NCBI GenBank assembly: GCA_951406725.2
Contig: OX597820.1
Span: forward strand, 118,606,001 to 118,670,000
Origin: Octopus vulgaris
Lineage: Eukaryota
Length of the DNA: 64,000 bases
Reading direction: 5' to 3'
This document shows, piece by piece, positions 1 to 13,322 of the stretch. Position 1 is the first letter of the stretch. Each line of letters opens with the position of its first letter. The notes under the pieces were generated by a model. It searched no databases and was not told the origin of the DNA. It was given only the letters and a program-made list of their open reading frames with translations. Made by a program: the position numbers and the translations under genes.

Positions 1-584
1 TTAATGATTATTCGACTCATCTCAATGTTTGCATTACTTTCCGTTACGGCTAACCGCTTTTTTTTTTCATCCAGCCACATACTGTTATCTTGAAAAGTGG
101 TGGCCCTATCAGCTTTAAATGCTTATGCATTGAGTGGATAAACATGAACACAGATGAAAACTTGTAAATCGAAGAGGCCAGGGAGCAGAAGAAAGAAGAA
201 GAAAGAAGACATGCACCCAACACCAGAGCTGAAGACACCTCCGAAAGGGAGGTCCTGCCACGTCAAAACGGTAGTGGAGTAGGGGCCGAAACCGGACGTG
301 GTTCCTTCTGATGATATCTTGAGCTAACTGGATCCTATAAAAGAGCTGTTGTGGTAGCAGACCACGAAACACGGTTGTAATTCCTTCCTATTATTATCTT
401 GACTTCTCACAACAGTCTAACAGTCAAGTGAATGTCTGAGTAGGCGTTTGAGAAATTTTTCAGCTTTAGTAAATTAGTATCATATAATTTTGGTATCTCT
501 GTAATATTTTCTCCCTCATCTTTTGCACCTATGGGCTCACATAAGTGTATCTATCTAGTATAATGCTTATTGTGCGAAGATATG

Positions 585-961
585 TTTAGTCTTATATTTA
601 GACTGCCATATTAGTATGGCGATAACTAAGTCTTTAGAGAGACTTAGGAATTTTAATATTTCTATTATTGAAAACAAGTGGATGTATTCCACTGTAACTA
701 GGTAAATAAAATCTTCGAACAGACGGTCAGTAGCGACACCTGCTGGTTCTGACTACGCTGCATTGATAAAGGGCAACAACCCTGAAACATGTCTGCAGAT
801 GTCTGACTAGCAAGGTGAAGCGGCTGACCTCCCTGTTCGAAGGTTGTAATGGACGCAGGTTCGTGTATCATATAGCTAGCTAGAGGCGGTGGCCTCTTGG
901 AGCTAATCAGCGACAGCTTTAGTTTTATATTTAGACTGCCATATTAGTATGGCGATAACTA
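585..961 (+). mobile_element. Terminally redundant non-coding unit carrying one hammerhead (retrozyme/Penelope pLTR-like)
   Basis: 44-bp direct repeat (585-628, 918-961; 1 mismatch; 333-bp period) encloses the hammerhead; followed by (TA)n. Confidence 0.55.
758..798 (+). ncRNA. Minimal Type I hammerhead ribozyme, U3:A8 core variant
   Basis: ctgca-TTGATAA-aggg caacaa ccct-GAAA-CATG-TC-tgcag: 5-bp stem I, 4-bp stem II, palindromic CATG loop III, GUC site. Confidence 0.75.
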
Positions 962-1021
<60 letters not shown>

Positions 1022-1215
1022 CATATATATATATATACATATATGTGTGTGCGTGTGTGAGACTGTGTGCATGTGTGTGTGTGTATGTGTGTGCTTGTGA
1101 TTTTCCAACTTTCCTGTGAAATTTATAAACGCGAATAGTTTTAGGTTTCGAATCAATAAATAACAATTGAAACAAATAAAAAACACATGTATACACGCAA
1201 AAACACACCCGCAAA

Positions 1216-1343
<128 letters not shown>

Positions 1344-1366
1344 TATGTATGTATGATGTATTAATG

Positions 1367-1414
<48 letters not shown>

Positions 1415-1884
1415 CATATATATATATATATGTGCATGAATGTATGTGTGTGCGTGTTTTGAGCGTATTTCTGACAGTGCAAATATTCGCTAGCCTTTTT
1501 TGTGTTGTCACTTCTTCTGTGTCTTATAATAAACATCATCTTCTAAATAGTGAACTAAGAATGGTAAATAGAAGGCCTTCCCGAAAGAACTATTTTCTAA
1601 AGGAAACATAATTAGAACAGCTGACAATTTGAATATAATAGTCTGATTAAACATTTCTTGCTAAAGAATTCATCGTCTCCGTATTACCGAAATTTAACAG
1701 GCGACTAATGTGGTCGTTATTTCCCCGATGTATCGTTATTGATGTTTGATTTAATATAAGAAAATTATCACGGGAGTGATTAGTCTTAGAAATGGAATTA
1801 ATCTAAATAACGGCATTTTTTTTTATAGATGATAGTAGCAAATATTCTCTTTTTAATTCTCATTAGTTTTTCTTTGAATTATTA

Positions 1885-2046
<162 letters not shown>

Positions 2047-2777
2047 CCTTTATTGTTTTTCTTCGATACTTATAGTGTTCGTGTTCCATTGACCATGATT
2101 GGAGATTATTGGTTTGAATACTGGAACGGAACAGGGAGATATGAGCTGCTTCCTTGAACTGCTGTATTAGACACGTCTTACTGAAGTCTCGTTGACAAAA
2201 AACAACCACAAAAAACAGAAAATTAATAAGATATATAAGTACTCTATTACTTTAAGCCATTTAATCTATACTTGGTCGTTAAGCTTTTGTATTCCAACAT
2301 TAATTTTTATCCTTCGTACATCCCTAAAATGATCGAATGCACTCGAATGAGTTCAATTGTCTATATTCAAATGCTGCAAAACTTAACTTGTAAGAAAACA
2401 ATCAACTCATATTTTTCTCAATTACATAGAGAAATAGGGAATATTTCTCGATCTATTGCAATCCCCAGTTACAAAATAATGGTAAATAACCAGTTACCAA
2501 GCGTAAAGTGTAGCAAAAAACATTTGTATGGTATTTTGTGATTAAGCTGATCGTCCTAATTCTCTTTCGGAGTTTGGGTTCAACATTTGTGATATAACTA
2601 TAATCAAAGATGAAATGCGTGACACCTACTTAGTTTAAAAGATTAATGAAAAACCATGACAAAGTGTTCGAGTTTCTGCAAATTGAAAACGGGTTCTTTT
2701 TCTGCAGATATCCAAAAGCTACGAAATCAAGTGTCAAGACACTTAATATCTCAAGTAGTCCACATATGTAACATACT

Positions 2778-3177
2778 TATTTCTTTATTACCCACAAGGA
2801 GCTAAACATAGAGGGAACAAACAAGGACAGACAAAGGGACTAAATCGATTACATCGACCCCAGTGCGTAATTCAATCGACCCCGAAAGGATGAAAGGCAA
2901 AGTCAACCTCGGCGGAATTTGAACTCAGAACGTAACGGCAGACGAAATGCCCGTTTCTTTATTACCCACAAGGGGTGAAACATAGAGGGGACAAACAAGG
3001 ACAGACAAAGAGACTAAATCGATTACATCGACCCCAGTGCGTAAGTGGTACTTATTCAATCGACCCCGAAAGGATGAAAGGCAGAGTCAACCTCGGCGGA
3101 ATTTGAACTCAGCACGTAACGGCAGACGAAATACCGCTAAGACTTTCGCCCGGCGCGCTAACGTTTCTGCCAGTTCG
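2778..3177 (-). mobile_element. tRNA-derived SINE family A, head-to-tail dimer (near-full 2954-3177, 5'-truncated 2778-2951)
   Basis: Minus-strand head tggcagaaacgttagc (A box) and gagttcaaattcc (B box), central gcctttcatcctttcggggtcgat domain; family recurs at 5908 and 24830. Confidence 0.85.
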
Positions 3178-3605
3178 TAACAAACTGTTAAACAAAATGT
3201 CACATCTTGAAACCTTTCTTCACTCTCTCCTACCCCCACTCTCTCTCTCTCTGTCGCTCACAATCTATATCTTGCATATACTAATAAAGATATCTGTATA
3301 TTTTAAGCTGCATATGAATTACAGTATTTATGATGATCAATGTCTCAATAAGAATCCGCAGCCTTCATTTCGTTCTGCTGCCGAGACTAAAGCAAGCTTC
3401 CTATTGAATACGTACAACTCATTACAAATCCTAACTCTTGTCTTACTTCCTCACGTTTTATGTGTTGTCTTGGTAATTCCACACAAAATAAATAACTTAA
3501 CCTCTTCAGAACTCAGTCGTTATCCGCGTTTTCTCTTTTTCTGTAACAATTCTCAAAACCCCAATTGACTCCACTTTGATCTACTTCCTCGGTTCGAAGA
3601 ACTAG

Positions 3606-3687
<82 letters not shown>

Positions 3688-4154
3688 ATATATTTAAAGG
3701 GCTAAAGAACCACTATGTGGTCAGCTATATGCTAGAAGTAGATCACCTGCGGTCAAACTACAAAGAAAAGAATGTTCTCTAGAGAAAAATTTAGCGGACA
3801 CAAGAACAATATGCGGGCAAGACATGAAAATTATATAAAAAATCAGAATTACTCACAGACCGGCGGTTTCGCCTATTAACGAATGAAACACTTACGCAAT
3901 CTCTCATCTGTAGTACGATCGTTCCACAGGTAATATAATTTGTAAAACTAACCACCAGTTTTCCGTATAAAAACAGACACGTGCTTAGTTTCACCGATTA
4001 CATTGGAGTTAATTTCAAATGTCTGAGTTCTGGCGCGCTAAAGTCCGGAATGTATTAGAATTTTCTCTGATTCTTCATTATTTTGTATGCCAGGCTACTG
4101 GTTTTAAATTTATATTAATTAAATTAATATTCAATTTATCTCCCTCATTATTTA

Positions 4155-4204
<50 letters not shown>

Positions 4205-4205
4205 C

Positions 4206-4239
<34 letters not shown>

Positions 4240-4282
4240 AGTCAAGATAGGAAATGCTAAAGTGATTTTATAAAAAACAATT

Positions 4283-4318
4283 TAGTACCGGTTTCAGTCA
4301 TTGAAACTTTTTCAACTA
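4283..4318 (-). ncRNA. Minimal hammerhead ribozyme, U3:A8 variant
   Basis: Reverse complement: tag-TTGAAAA-agtt tcaat gact-GAAA-CCGG-TA-cta. Confidence 0.6.
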
Positions 4319-4481
4319 TAAGCATGGAAAACAATAAAATTTTGGAAAAATTAAAAGAAAATTTCTTTAAAAGAAGATTTGCCTAATGTTCAAATACAAG
4401 TGACATTTTCCGCGTTTCTGCCTGACTCTGTCTGTCTTGTTTACACTTGTGGATTCGAGGTTGTTATGAATTCTTGGTAGG

Positions 4482-4571
4482 GAAGAAGAAGAAGAAGAAG
4501 AAGAAGAAGAAGAAGAAGAAGAAGAAGAAGAAGAAGAAGAAGAAGAAGAAGAAGAAGAAAAAGAAGAAGAT
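4482..4571. repeat. (GAA)n microsatellite
   Basis: direct reading. Confidence 0.97.
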
Positions 4572-4672
4572 TGTGGGAGAGCCATGACAGTAGTATGTTG
4601 AATGATCAGCTGCCCCGAAAATGCCCCGTTGTGGATGGTATTAGTGATTGAATTCCTGAAACATCTCTTTTG

Positions 4673-4703
<31 letters not shown>

Positions 4704-4815
4704 AAGTATGAAAATTTAGTTCAAAGGTGATCCAAACAATTGGGTACGCGGGGTAAGTAATGTAACGGATGGGTATTAATATATACAATTCTCATTTTCC
4801 CTATTTCCCCTATTT

Positions 4816-4871
4816 GTCTCTGATGACAGAATATCCCATACTCAAGGATATCACAGAAACAGCTGTAAGAT
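4816..4871 (+). ncRNA. Hammerhead ribozyme, canonical core, imperfect base of stem II
   Basis: gtct-CTGATGA-caga atatcc catactcaa ggatat caca-GAAAC agct GTA-agat. Confidence 0.6.
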
Positions 4872-5094
4872 TTTCATATGAAAATATTGTATACGACTTG
4901 AGATGTGTTCCTTGCCTTAATGTTTGTTGTCCTCTTTAACAATTATACATGCACACACACACATATATATACATATATATATATATAGTAGTACCTAAGT
5001 TTACGAACGCCTCTGAACACGAATAAATCGTGTATTATATATCTATATTTATCATCTATCTATCTATCTCTCTCTCTCTCTCTCCCTCTCTCTC

Positions 5095-5156
<62 letters not shown>

Positions 5157-5739
5157 CATACATATGATAGGGATGACCACTATGTGGACAACCCTTATGC
5201 TAGATGTAGATCCGCTATGGTCTTACCACTAAGAAATTTTCTCAAGAAAATTCAGTAAACACCAGAACGTAAGCGAGGATGACAAATGAAAAGTAACAAA
5301 AATATAGATTAGCCATAAACATGTTTCACTATCGACAGTCACGTCATTTTACTTACGCAATTTGTCCGTAGATTTTGAGTATGATCGTCTTTACAAATAT
5401 AATATGCAGAACTATAAACGGGACGTCCGCATTTTAATATTTACTGCAAACTCAGCGGGGTTTGATGCTAGAAATTCCAAAATAACACTAAAAACTGGAA
5501 CTTATTTCCTCTGGGATTCAGTTTGGTAACAATTACTTTCAGCTAATTGATTTCTAACATTGGCCGAGAGAACAGCGAGTTATATTGACTGAGTGTATTA
5601 CTGGTATGTTTCTTGGTGGCTCCATAAGGATGAATGTCAGTCAAATCAACCGATAACTTATAGCAGTGAAATTCACTTCCAAACGGATTTTACCATTTCT
5701 GACCCCCGGGATATCATTTGTTGGCGCATTATTCTTTTA

Positions 5740-6357
5740 TTCTTTTACGTGTTTCATTCATTCGAGTGCGGCGAAGCTGGGGCATCGCCTTGAAAACGTT
5801 TTACTCGAACGACTGGAACACTATTACAAACTTTTTAAAGCTTGGTACTTATTCTAAGTTCTCTTTAGTGAACAGCAACGTTACAGGGATGTAAACATAA
5901 CAATACCTATTTCTTTACTACCCACAAGGGGCTAAACACAGAGAGGACAAACAGGACAGACAAACGGATTAAGTCGATTATATCGACCCCATGCGTAACT
6001 GGTACTTAATTTATCGACCCCGAAATGATGAAAGGCAAAGTCGACCTTGGCGGAATTGGAACTCAGAACGTAGCGGCAGACGAGATACGGCTACGCATTT
6101 CGCCCGGCGTGCTAACGTTTCTGCCAGCTCGCCGCCTTAAACATAACAATACCGGTTACCAAGAGGCGGTGAAGGACAAACACTCACACACACTCACACA
6201 CCACTGGCTTCTTTCAGTTTACAACCACCAATTCCACTTGCAAGGCTTTGGTCCGACTTAGGCTGTAGTAGATGACACTTGCTCAAAGTGCCACACAATG
6301 GAACTGAACTCGGAGCCATGTGGTTGGGAAGCAGATTTCTTACCACACAGTTGCAAC
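5740..6357 (-). mobile_element. Degraded SINE family C copy interrupted by a family A SINE
   Basis: Family C segments on both sides of 5908-6137, aligning with the copy at 54253-54670. Confidence 0.7.
5908..6137 (-). mobile_element. tRNA-derived SINE family A, full length, 16-bp TSD
   Basis: TSD taaacataacaatacc at 5892-5907 and 6138-6153; A/B boxes on minus strand. Confidence 0.9.
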
Positions 6358-7765
6358 TGTTTCTATTTCTTGATTATTTCTATTTTGATGGGTAAGTAAA
6401 TGTGTAACGCGAGATTCTGGTCTATCTGAGAACAATATAGGCCTAAGATAACTGGAATAGTATAAACCATGTCCTGATACTGTTTTCTATATATCATGCA
6501 AAAATATTAAGGTTTGTATCAATATAAGAAATCTTCAAATCATTACATATACACCGTATCATTTACAGATCACTACACATGGCATCGTATCAACAGACGT
6601 GTATTTATGAAGCTGGCAAAAATATTTTTATCTTGTAAGACACGCGATGTCAAAAGAAAATATTTCAAGATTTTAGGGCAACAGACGGGGATTTAGAATT
6701 CAAAATTCATGTACGGAAAATCAATTACATGAATGTTGCAAATACACTGGACATGTGATTCAGTAGTCTGTGCAGACTTCTTTACATGAGTTGAAGCGTA
6801 ATGGAAAATTATGACAATATTTTGAAACGAAGAGCCTGCCATATATTGCCGTAGAAGCACTTTGTCATGATTGTTTCAATCAAGTAAAATGGTCAAACGA
6901 AAAATTCATGTAGAGTCTTCTGTACTACGTGTACACGCAGACTACTCACCTGGGTTTCATTAGCAGACTCTTGCAGTACTAAGACTCTTAAAGACTGTAG
7001 TGACTCTTCAAGTAGAAACTACTTCTTTGATTCATTAAGTAGAATGGAAATTTTGTCGATGTACATTGTTGCGCATCAAATAGTCCTCGCGTATTCTAGG
7101 AAGAAATATATAAAGTGATCTTGTGTTGCTCCGTGGCACTCAAAGTAAATGATGATACGTAAGCCAATAAAGTCAGACTCCTATAGTCGACAGCTGATCT
7201 GAATTTACAGTACTAGAATCATTTACTTAATTCCTACTCAGTAACATCTGAACTATTACTGGCGGGGAAAAACAAGCTAGCGAATGAATAAGGTGGCAAG
7301 TGGTCTCTTGACATGCTAGAAAAAAAGACCATATATTTCATAGGTAAAATTCTATATTTTAATATGAGATGATGGTTTCAGATTCAGTTCCATCGGCGTG
7401 GCACTTAGGGAAAGGGTCTCCAAGTATAGCTTCTGCCTGGCGAAAAAGTTGGGAGTAGATTCGGTTAATGGAAGCTGAAAGAAGTTAGTCGTATATATAT
7501 ATATATACTAATAAAAAGGGTTCGGCAAGAGAATTGCGTCGCCGCATACCGAAGTTCAGAAATAGCAGCCAAAATCTTAGCCATTTCTTCTACTTTAAAA
7601 GGGTCTTCCAGAGAACTGAAAATACTTGAAGTTTAAACACACAGGCAGAGGGTAAAGCAAACGAAAATCAATCGATATCTGATCATCCATAGACGCGCAT
7701 TTCTGAATTAGGTCCTACGTAAAGAATATAAAAAATATATACTTTACCAACCGTATTCTTCATCA

Positions 7766-7843
<78 letters not shown>

Positions 7844-7878
7844 TACACATACATAGTTAAGTTAAGTTATATATATAT

Positions 7879-8759
7879 ATGGTGTGTGATGAGAATTTGT
7901 GGAATGGTATCTCATAGAAAATCAACGAACTGTAAAAGATGGAAAAGAGATGTTAAAATTTGAAAAGAATTTTAATACATTCATACAATCGTTTCGAACA
8001 GCAATATTAACATATAAATAACTTGGTAGAATACTTAAAAATTAATTAAATTAAATTAAATTAAATTAATTACATATCCCTGTTCTTCTCAGTGCAAAAA
8101 AGAATGCATTAAAAACTTATTATTATTATTATTATTATTGTTACAGACGCCTTGATGGAGGAAATAGCAAATAATATATTCGGATTTACATATTTTATCC
8201 TGATGAAATATTAAGAGCATACTTAGGAAGGGAAGCACTCCGTCGGTTACGACGACGAGGGTTCCGGTTGATCCGACCAACGGAACAGCCTGCTCGTGAA
8301 ATTAAGGTGTAAGTGGCTGAGCACTCCACAGACACGTGTACCCTTAACGTAGTTCTTGGGGATATTCAGCGTGACACAGAGAGTGACAAGGCCGGCCCCT
8401 TGAAATACAGGTACAGCAGAAACAGGAAGTAAGAGTGAGAGAAAGTTGTGGTGAAAGAGTACAGCAGGGATCACCACCATCCCCTGCCGGAGCCTCGTGG
8501 AGCTTTAGGTGTTTTCGCTCAATAAACACTCACAACGCCCGGTCTGGGAATCGAAACCGCGATCCTACGACCGCGAGTCTGCTGTCCTAACCACTGGGCC
8601 ATTGCGCCTCCAAAGAGCATACTAAAAGAATGATGTTGAGTCTAGTTGTGAATGAACTAAAATTCTTTTCAAATTTTAACATTTTCTCTTCTCAATCTGT
8701 AACAGTTCGTTGAGTTTCTGCGGGATACCCTTCCATAAATTCTCATAAAACACCATATA
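7879..8759. mobile_element. Inverted pair of pLTR-like repeats with a degenerate hammerhead (7982-8095, minus)
   Basis: 7879-7985 and ~8647-8759 are imperfect inverted copies; minus-strand ctgagaa-gaacag...ctgttc-GAAAC gatt GTA. Confidence 0.55.
8224..8612 (-). mobile_element. tRNA(Arg)-like SINE family B, full length, 11-bp TSD
   Basis: Head ggaggcgcaatggcccagtggttagg...ggtttcgattccc; TSD aagagcatact at 8213-8223 and 8613-8623. Confidence 0.9.
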
Positions 8760-8805
8760 ATTGTAATAATTTCATATTCTCAAAAATCTGACGTCAGTAA
8801 GCTGT

Positions 8806-9227
8806 CTTTTGCTCTTTTACTTGTTTCAGTCATTTGACTGCGGTCATGCTGGAGCACCGCCTTTAGTCGTGCAAATCCACCCCAGGACTTATTCTTTGGA
8901 AGCCTAGTACTTATTCGATCGGTCTCTTTTTCCGAACCGCTAAGTTACGGGGACGTAAACACACCAGTATCGGTTGTCAAGCGATGTTGGGGAGGGGCAA
9001 ACACAGGCACTCAAACACACTCACACACAGATATTTATATATATATATACATATACAAATATACGACGGGCTTCTTTCAGTTTTCGTCTACCAAATCCAC
9101 TCACAAGGCTTTGGTCGGCCCGAGGCTATAGTGCAAGACACTTGCTCAATGTGCCACGCAGTGGGATTGAACCCGGAACCATGTGGTTGGTAAGCAAGCT
9201 ACTTACCACACAGCCATTCCTGCCCCT
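8806..9227 (-). mobile_element. SINE family C (tRNA head, CORE-like segment, internal TA/TG tract)
   Basis: Colinear with copies at 41423, 54253 and 63570. Confidence 0.88.
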
Positions 9228-9303
9228 ACCTTACCACACAGCCACTGAATCGCCCTTTTGAACCCTCCAAAGTAAAGGATGAAATAGAACTCACCTTTTC
9301 CCA

Positions 9304-9357
<54 letters not shown>

Positions 9358-9654
9358 TACACATACACACACATATCGGTTTGGCTAAAGAGACCGATTG
9401 AATAAATGTGTGGCTTTTAAAAAATAAGTACTGGAGTCGATTTGTTTGACTACATCTTTTAAGAAGGTACTCCAGCATGGCCTCAGTCCATGCAAAAGGC
9501 CGAGTACGCTTGGAACGTCTTCGTAGTCTTCTTCGATGAACTACCAGCGACTAAAAGCCAACAGTATTGCTGACGCATATTAAGGAGTATAGCAACCGGC
9601 TTTTGCTGACACAACTTTTGAAATATGTAATACTCGGCACAAATTACAAAACGT

Positions 9655-10084
9655 GGAACTTTTCGGTTTGAACGGCAGTTTTTAACATAATTTCTAGGTA
9701 ACTAAAAAAATTTTAAACTTCGTATACTGGTAGAATGTGTTTATAAAACATATTTTACTCTTGGCTTTATTGAGAAAATTCTATAGTTTGTAAGATATTT
9801 GTTGCTTTTTTTCTTCAATTTCTGCAATTTCTACCAATCACTGACGTGTATTGAGGTTATAAACATTCTGTGCCGTATGAATATGTCCCTCGTTTAAGAA
9901 ACAGATTGGATTTATTTACATTTCTGAAGAAAAAATGATACCCTTCCCACCACCCCTAAACCTAACCCTAACCCTAACCCTAAAACAGATTGAAATGCAA
10001 TAGATCGATACTAGGGTCATAATTATGGGTGACAATTTCATATGACACCGCTAGAAAAAGCTGCCGTTCAAACCGAAAAGATCC
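9655..10084. mobile_element. MITE with GG-terminal ~29-bp TIRs and 8-bp TSD (Merlin-like), internal (CCCTAA)n
   Basis: TIRs ggaacttttcggtttgaacggcag / ctgccgttcaaaccgaaaagatcc; TSD caaaacgt / caaaatgt. Confidence 0.8.
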
Positions 10085-10734
10085 CAAAATGTAAACTCAC
10101 TCTTTTCACTTTCGACTTGGTGCTGTATGTATTAGACTTTATAGCATCCACAAGTCGTAACACAAGTGATAAATTACAATAGTTTCTTCATGCTTTATTC
10201 GCGATAATATATTAACGCACAGGATTAACTCATAGTGAGCAACGACTGCAGATTGACAGATGCAATAGAAAAGCATATTAAATTCAATTCCTGCAGTGTT
10301 TATTAGAAATGGGTTTGCAAGAAGCTTTTCGATTTATTTTTAAAGGAAGTGAAAATGCAGAATCGGATATTATACGGTGGAAAGCTCATTGTTAAATTCC
10401 TATATGTTTGGTAAATCTTATTTAACACTCCTTCAAAGCACTAACGTTTTCCACTTCAATCCTAGAGTTGTCTTAAAATTGTAATTGCTAAATTTATACG
10501 TATTTTTCTCTGGTTGAAGTTAGGGGATCAGTTGAAGCCGTGGTAGACTTTACATACCATTCAACCTTACTATAGTTATAAGAGAATTACAAGTCAAAGC
10601 AAAGACAGAGGGAAGCTTTATCTACGTCTGTGTGCCAATATTTCATTATATGAACGAATATAGGCATTCATATAAACACACATGCACACACAGAATTATC
10701 TTTGTCTTCTTTTCATTGGATACATACACATACA

Positions 10735-10765
<31 letters not shown>

Positions 10766-10846
10766 CTATCAATCTGTCTCTTTCTGTCTGTCTCTATATA
10801 AGCATTTATACATTCATACATGCATACATACATACATATATGCATA

Positions 10847-10920
<74 letters not shown>

Positions 10921-10928
10921 CTTGTCTG

Positions 10929-10996
<68 letters not shown>

Positions 10997-11189
10997 CATA
11001 TCATCTATCTGTCTGTGTGTGTGTATATATATGTGTATATATGTGTGTGTGTGTTTGTATATTTTGACAGAGATGATCAGAAAATGTGACGATCATAAAG
11101 CTCTGGGATGTGTCCAGGGAATTGAGCAAAGGTTTGCTCCTCTACATAACCTAGAAAGAGTTTGGTATATGTGGGGCTCATCCTGGAAT

Positions 11190-12110
11190 TCACCCTTCCC
11201 AAATCTGGACATCTCCGTCAAAATACACAATACCCACCTCTTCACAACTGTCTGCTATAAGCCTACTGACTCCCACTCCTACCTCTACTTCTCTTCCTCT
11301 CACCCCAAACACATTAACTCTGCTTTACCATTCTCTCAATTTCTTGGTCTTCGACGACTTTGCAACATCGAATCGGATTTCGAATCCCATTGCAAAACGA
11401 TGCAACGGTTTTTTTTCTAAATCGAGGGTATCCTCCGTCAGTTGTCGACTCGGCACTCCACCGAGCCCGAGCCGTCAACCGCAGCCCTCCTACCATCCTC
11501 ACCCACTTCCCCCAGCCGTATTCCACTCTCTCTTACCTACTACCCGTCCATCCTCCCTCTAAAGCTCACCCACAACTTTCGCATTCTTCTTTCTGATGCA
11601 ACAACCACCCATATCTTTCCCATACCGCCTCTCCTGCCTTTTAAAAATGATAGGAGTCTTAGAAAACTCCTTGTTAGAAGCTTCACAGCTCCCAGCTCCG
11701 ACCAACCAGGAACCTTTAAATGTTCCCACCGCCGAATTAACGCATGCCCCTACATCAGCGATATTACCACCATCAAGGGGCCCAAGAAGCAATATCACAT
11801 AGCACGCCACTTCGTTGCACTTCAGTGGATCGCTTATATTGCAACATATGCAAACTCTTCGGTGCTCTTTACATTGCAGAAACAGGGCAATGCCTTGGGG
11901 ATCGCTTACGCGAACACATCAGAAGCATAAGGCCTCGTTTGCCAGGCCAACCTGTCGTCACTCACGTCAACACTGAGAATCATCCTATTGCAGATTTATC
12001 AGTGTGTGGCGTGGCTATGCGCCACAGGCCCAGCTTCTCTAGAAAATAAAAGCAGCAACGTCTCATATTTGATCTTTGCACTATATCTCTAACAGGTATG
12101 CATGAACGTT
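11190..12110 (+). pseudogene. Penelope-like element (Neptune-type): RT C-terminus plus GIY-YIG endonuclease, frameshifted
   Basis: [38 protein letters not shown]; NRGYP; Cys-rich linker CSHRRINACPY; LYCNICK..LYIAETG..L.DRLREH..H split across frames. Confidence 0.9.
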
Positions 12111-12372
12111 TTCCCATTCATCCTTTCACTTAATCTTAATTCTTTTAGACCCTTTTTAATCTTCCTTCCACCCTCTCTCTGCAACATTCCCGTATTTACT
12201 TACCTCTGCTCTTTCCGTCACCATTTTCATCCTCCTTTCTGCACGCCTTCTCCCATAACTTCTGTTTCTCGTTATCTGCCCGCGTTATTCTGCGTCCATT
12301 TTCATTTGCAGCCAGTTTTTCAAGCTGAGAGGACGTAAAATGTGGTTGACTTTTTCTTCTCTTTTCCTCTGC

Positions 12373-12405
12373 CTCCTGACGAAGGATTGAATGTGAAACG
12401 TTGGA
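12373..12405 (+). ncRNA. Degenerate hammerhead in the 3' pLTR of the Penelope element
   Basis: CTGACGA-aggattgaatgt-GAAAC GTT about 270 bp after the GIY-YIG end; stems decayed. Confidence 0.5.
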
Positions 12406-12554
12406 TATTGCACTCCTCAGGGCAAGATCACTCTACTCCTGCCACTCTTTTCTATATTTTTTCAAGTTTTGCGACGCTGATCTTCTAGATTATTGCATGG
12501 TTATTATATGCATACATGCATGTGTGTATTAGATGTTACATATATACATATGTT

Positions 12555-12612
<58 letters not shown>

Positions 12613-12919
12613 AAAACATATGTATATATATATGTGTATGTACATATACATACACATGATTGATTGATTGATTCTAGTTTCAGCTTATGAGCTGTGGCCA
12701 TGCTGGGGCACCGCCATGTATAAATATATGTGTGTGTGTATGTGTGTGTATAAGAGTATCTATAGTTGTTCATATAGTATCATATTTACTCATTTACTAC
12801 GTTTATTATAAATTTATATAATATATATTATGTAATGTCTATCTATCTATCTATCTACATATTTAATATATGTACGTATATGCATACGAACATTTCTAGT
12901 ACATACATGTATATATATA

Positions 12920-12968
<49 letters not shown>

Positions 12969-13100
12969 TGAAGTAGATAAATGAATTATCTTATACGGAT
13001 ATTCAAATGATAACCGATACCTGGTAGCAAAAATCACAACAGAAAACACGGTTGTGGTTACGATCATAAATCCGTGCCTTAGTGCGGAAATTTGAAGTTT

Positions 13101-13232
13101 ATATATTTATTGTAGGAAGAAATGGAGCTGAACGAAGATTTAACAAAATTCCTTCTTATTATTTTCTACATACATATGTAGAAATAATAAAGAATTTTGT
13201 TAAATCTTCGTTCACTCCATTTCTTCCTACAC

Positions 13233-13241
<9 letters not shown>
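13101..13241. repeat. ~70-bp-arm imperfect palindrome adjoining (TA)n
   Basis: tgtaggaagaaatggag..ttctacata ca tatgtagaa..ctccatttcttcctaca. Confidence 0.85.

Positions 13242-13322
<81 letters not shown>

Noticed and set aside
301-385. CTGATGA...gtggt/accac GAAAC..GTA hammerhead-like motif
   Set aside because: No stem I pairing between the flanks
9953-9983. Telomere or chromosome-fusion scar
   Set aside because: Only about four units, internal to a MITE
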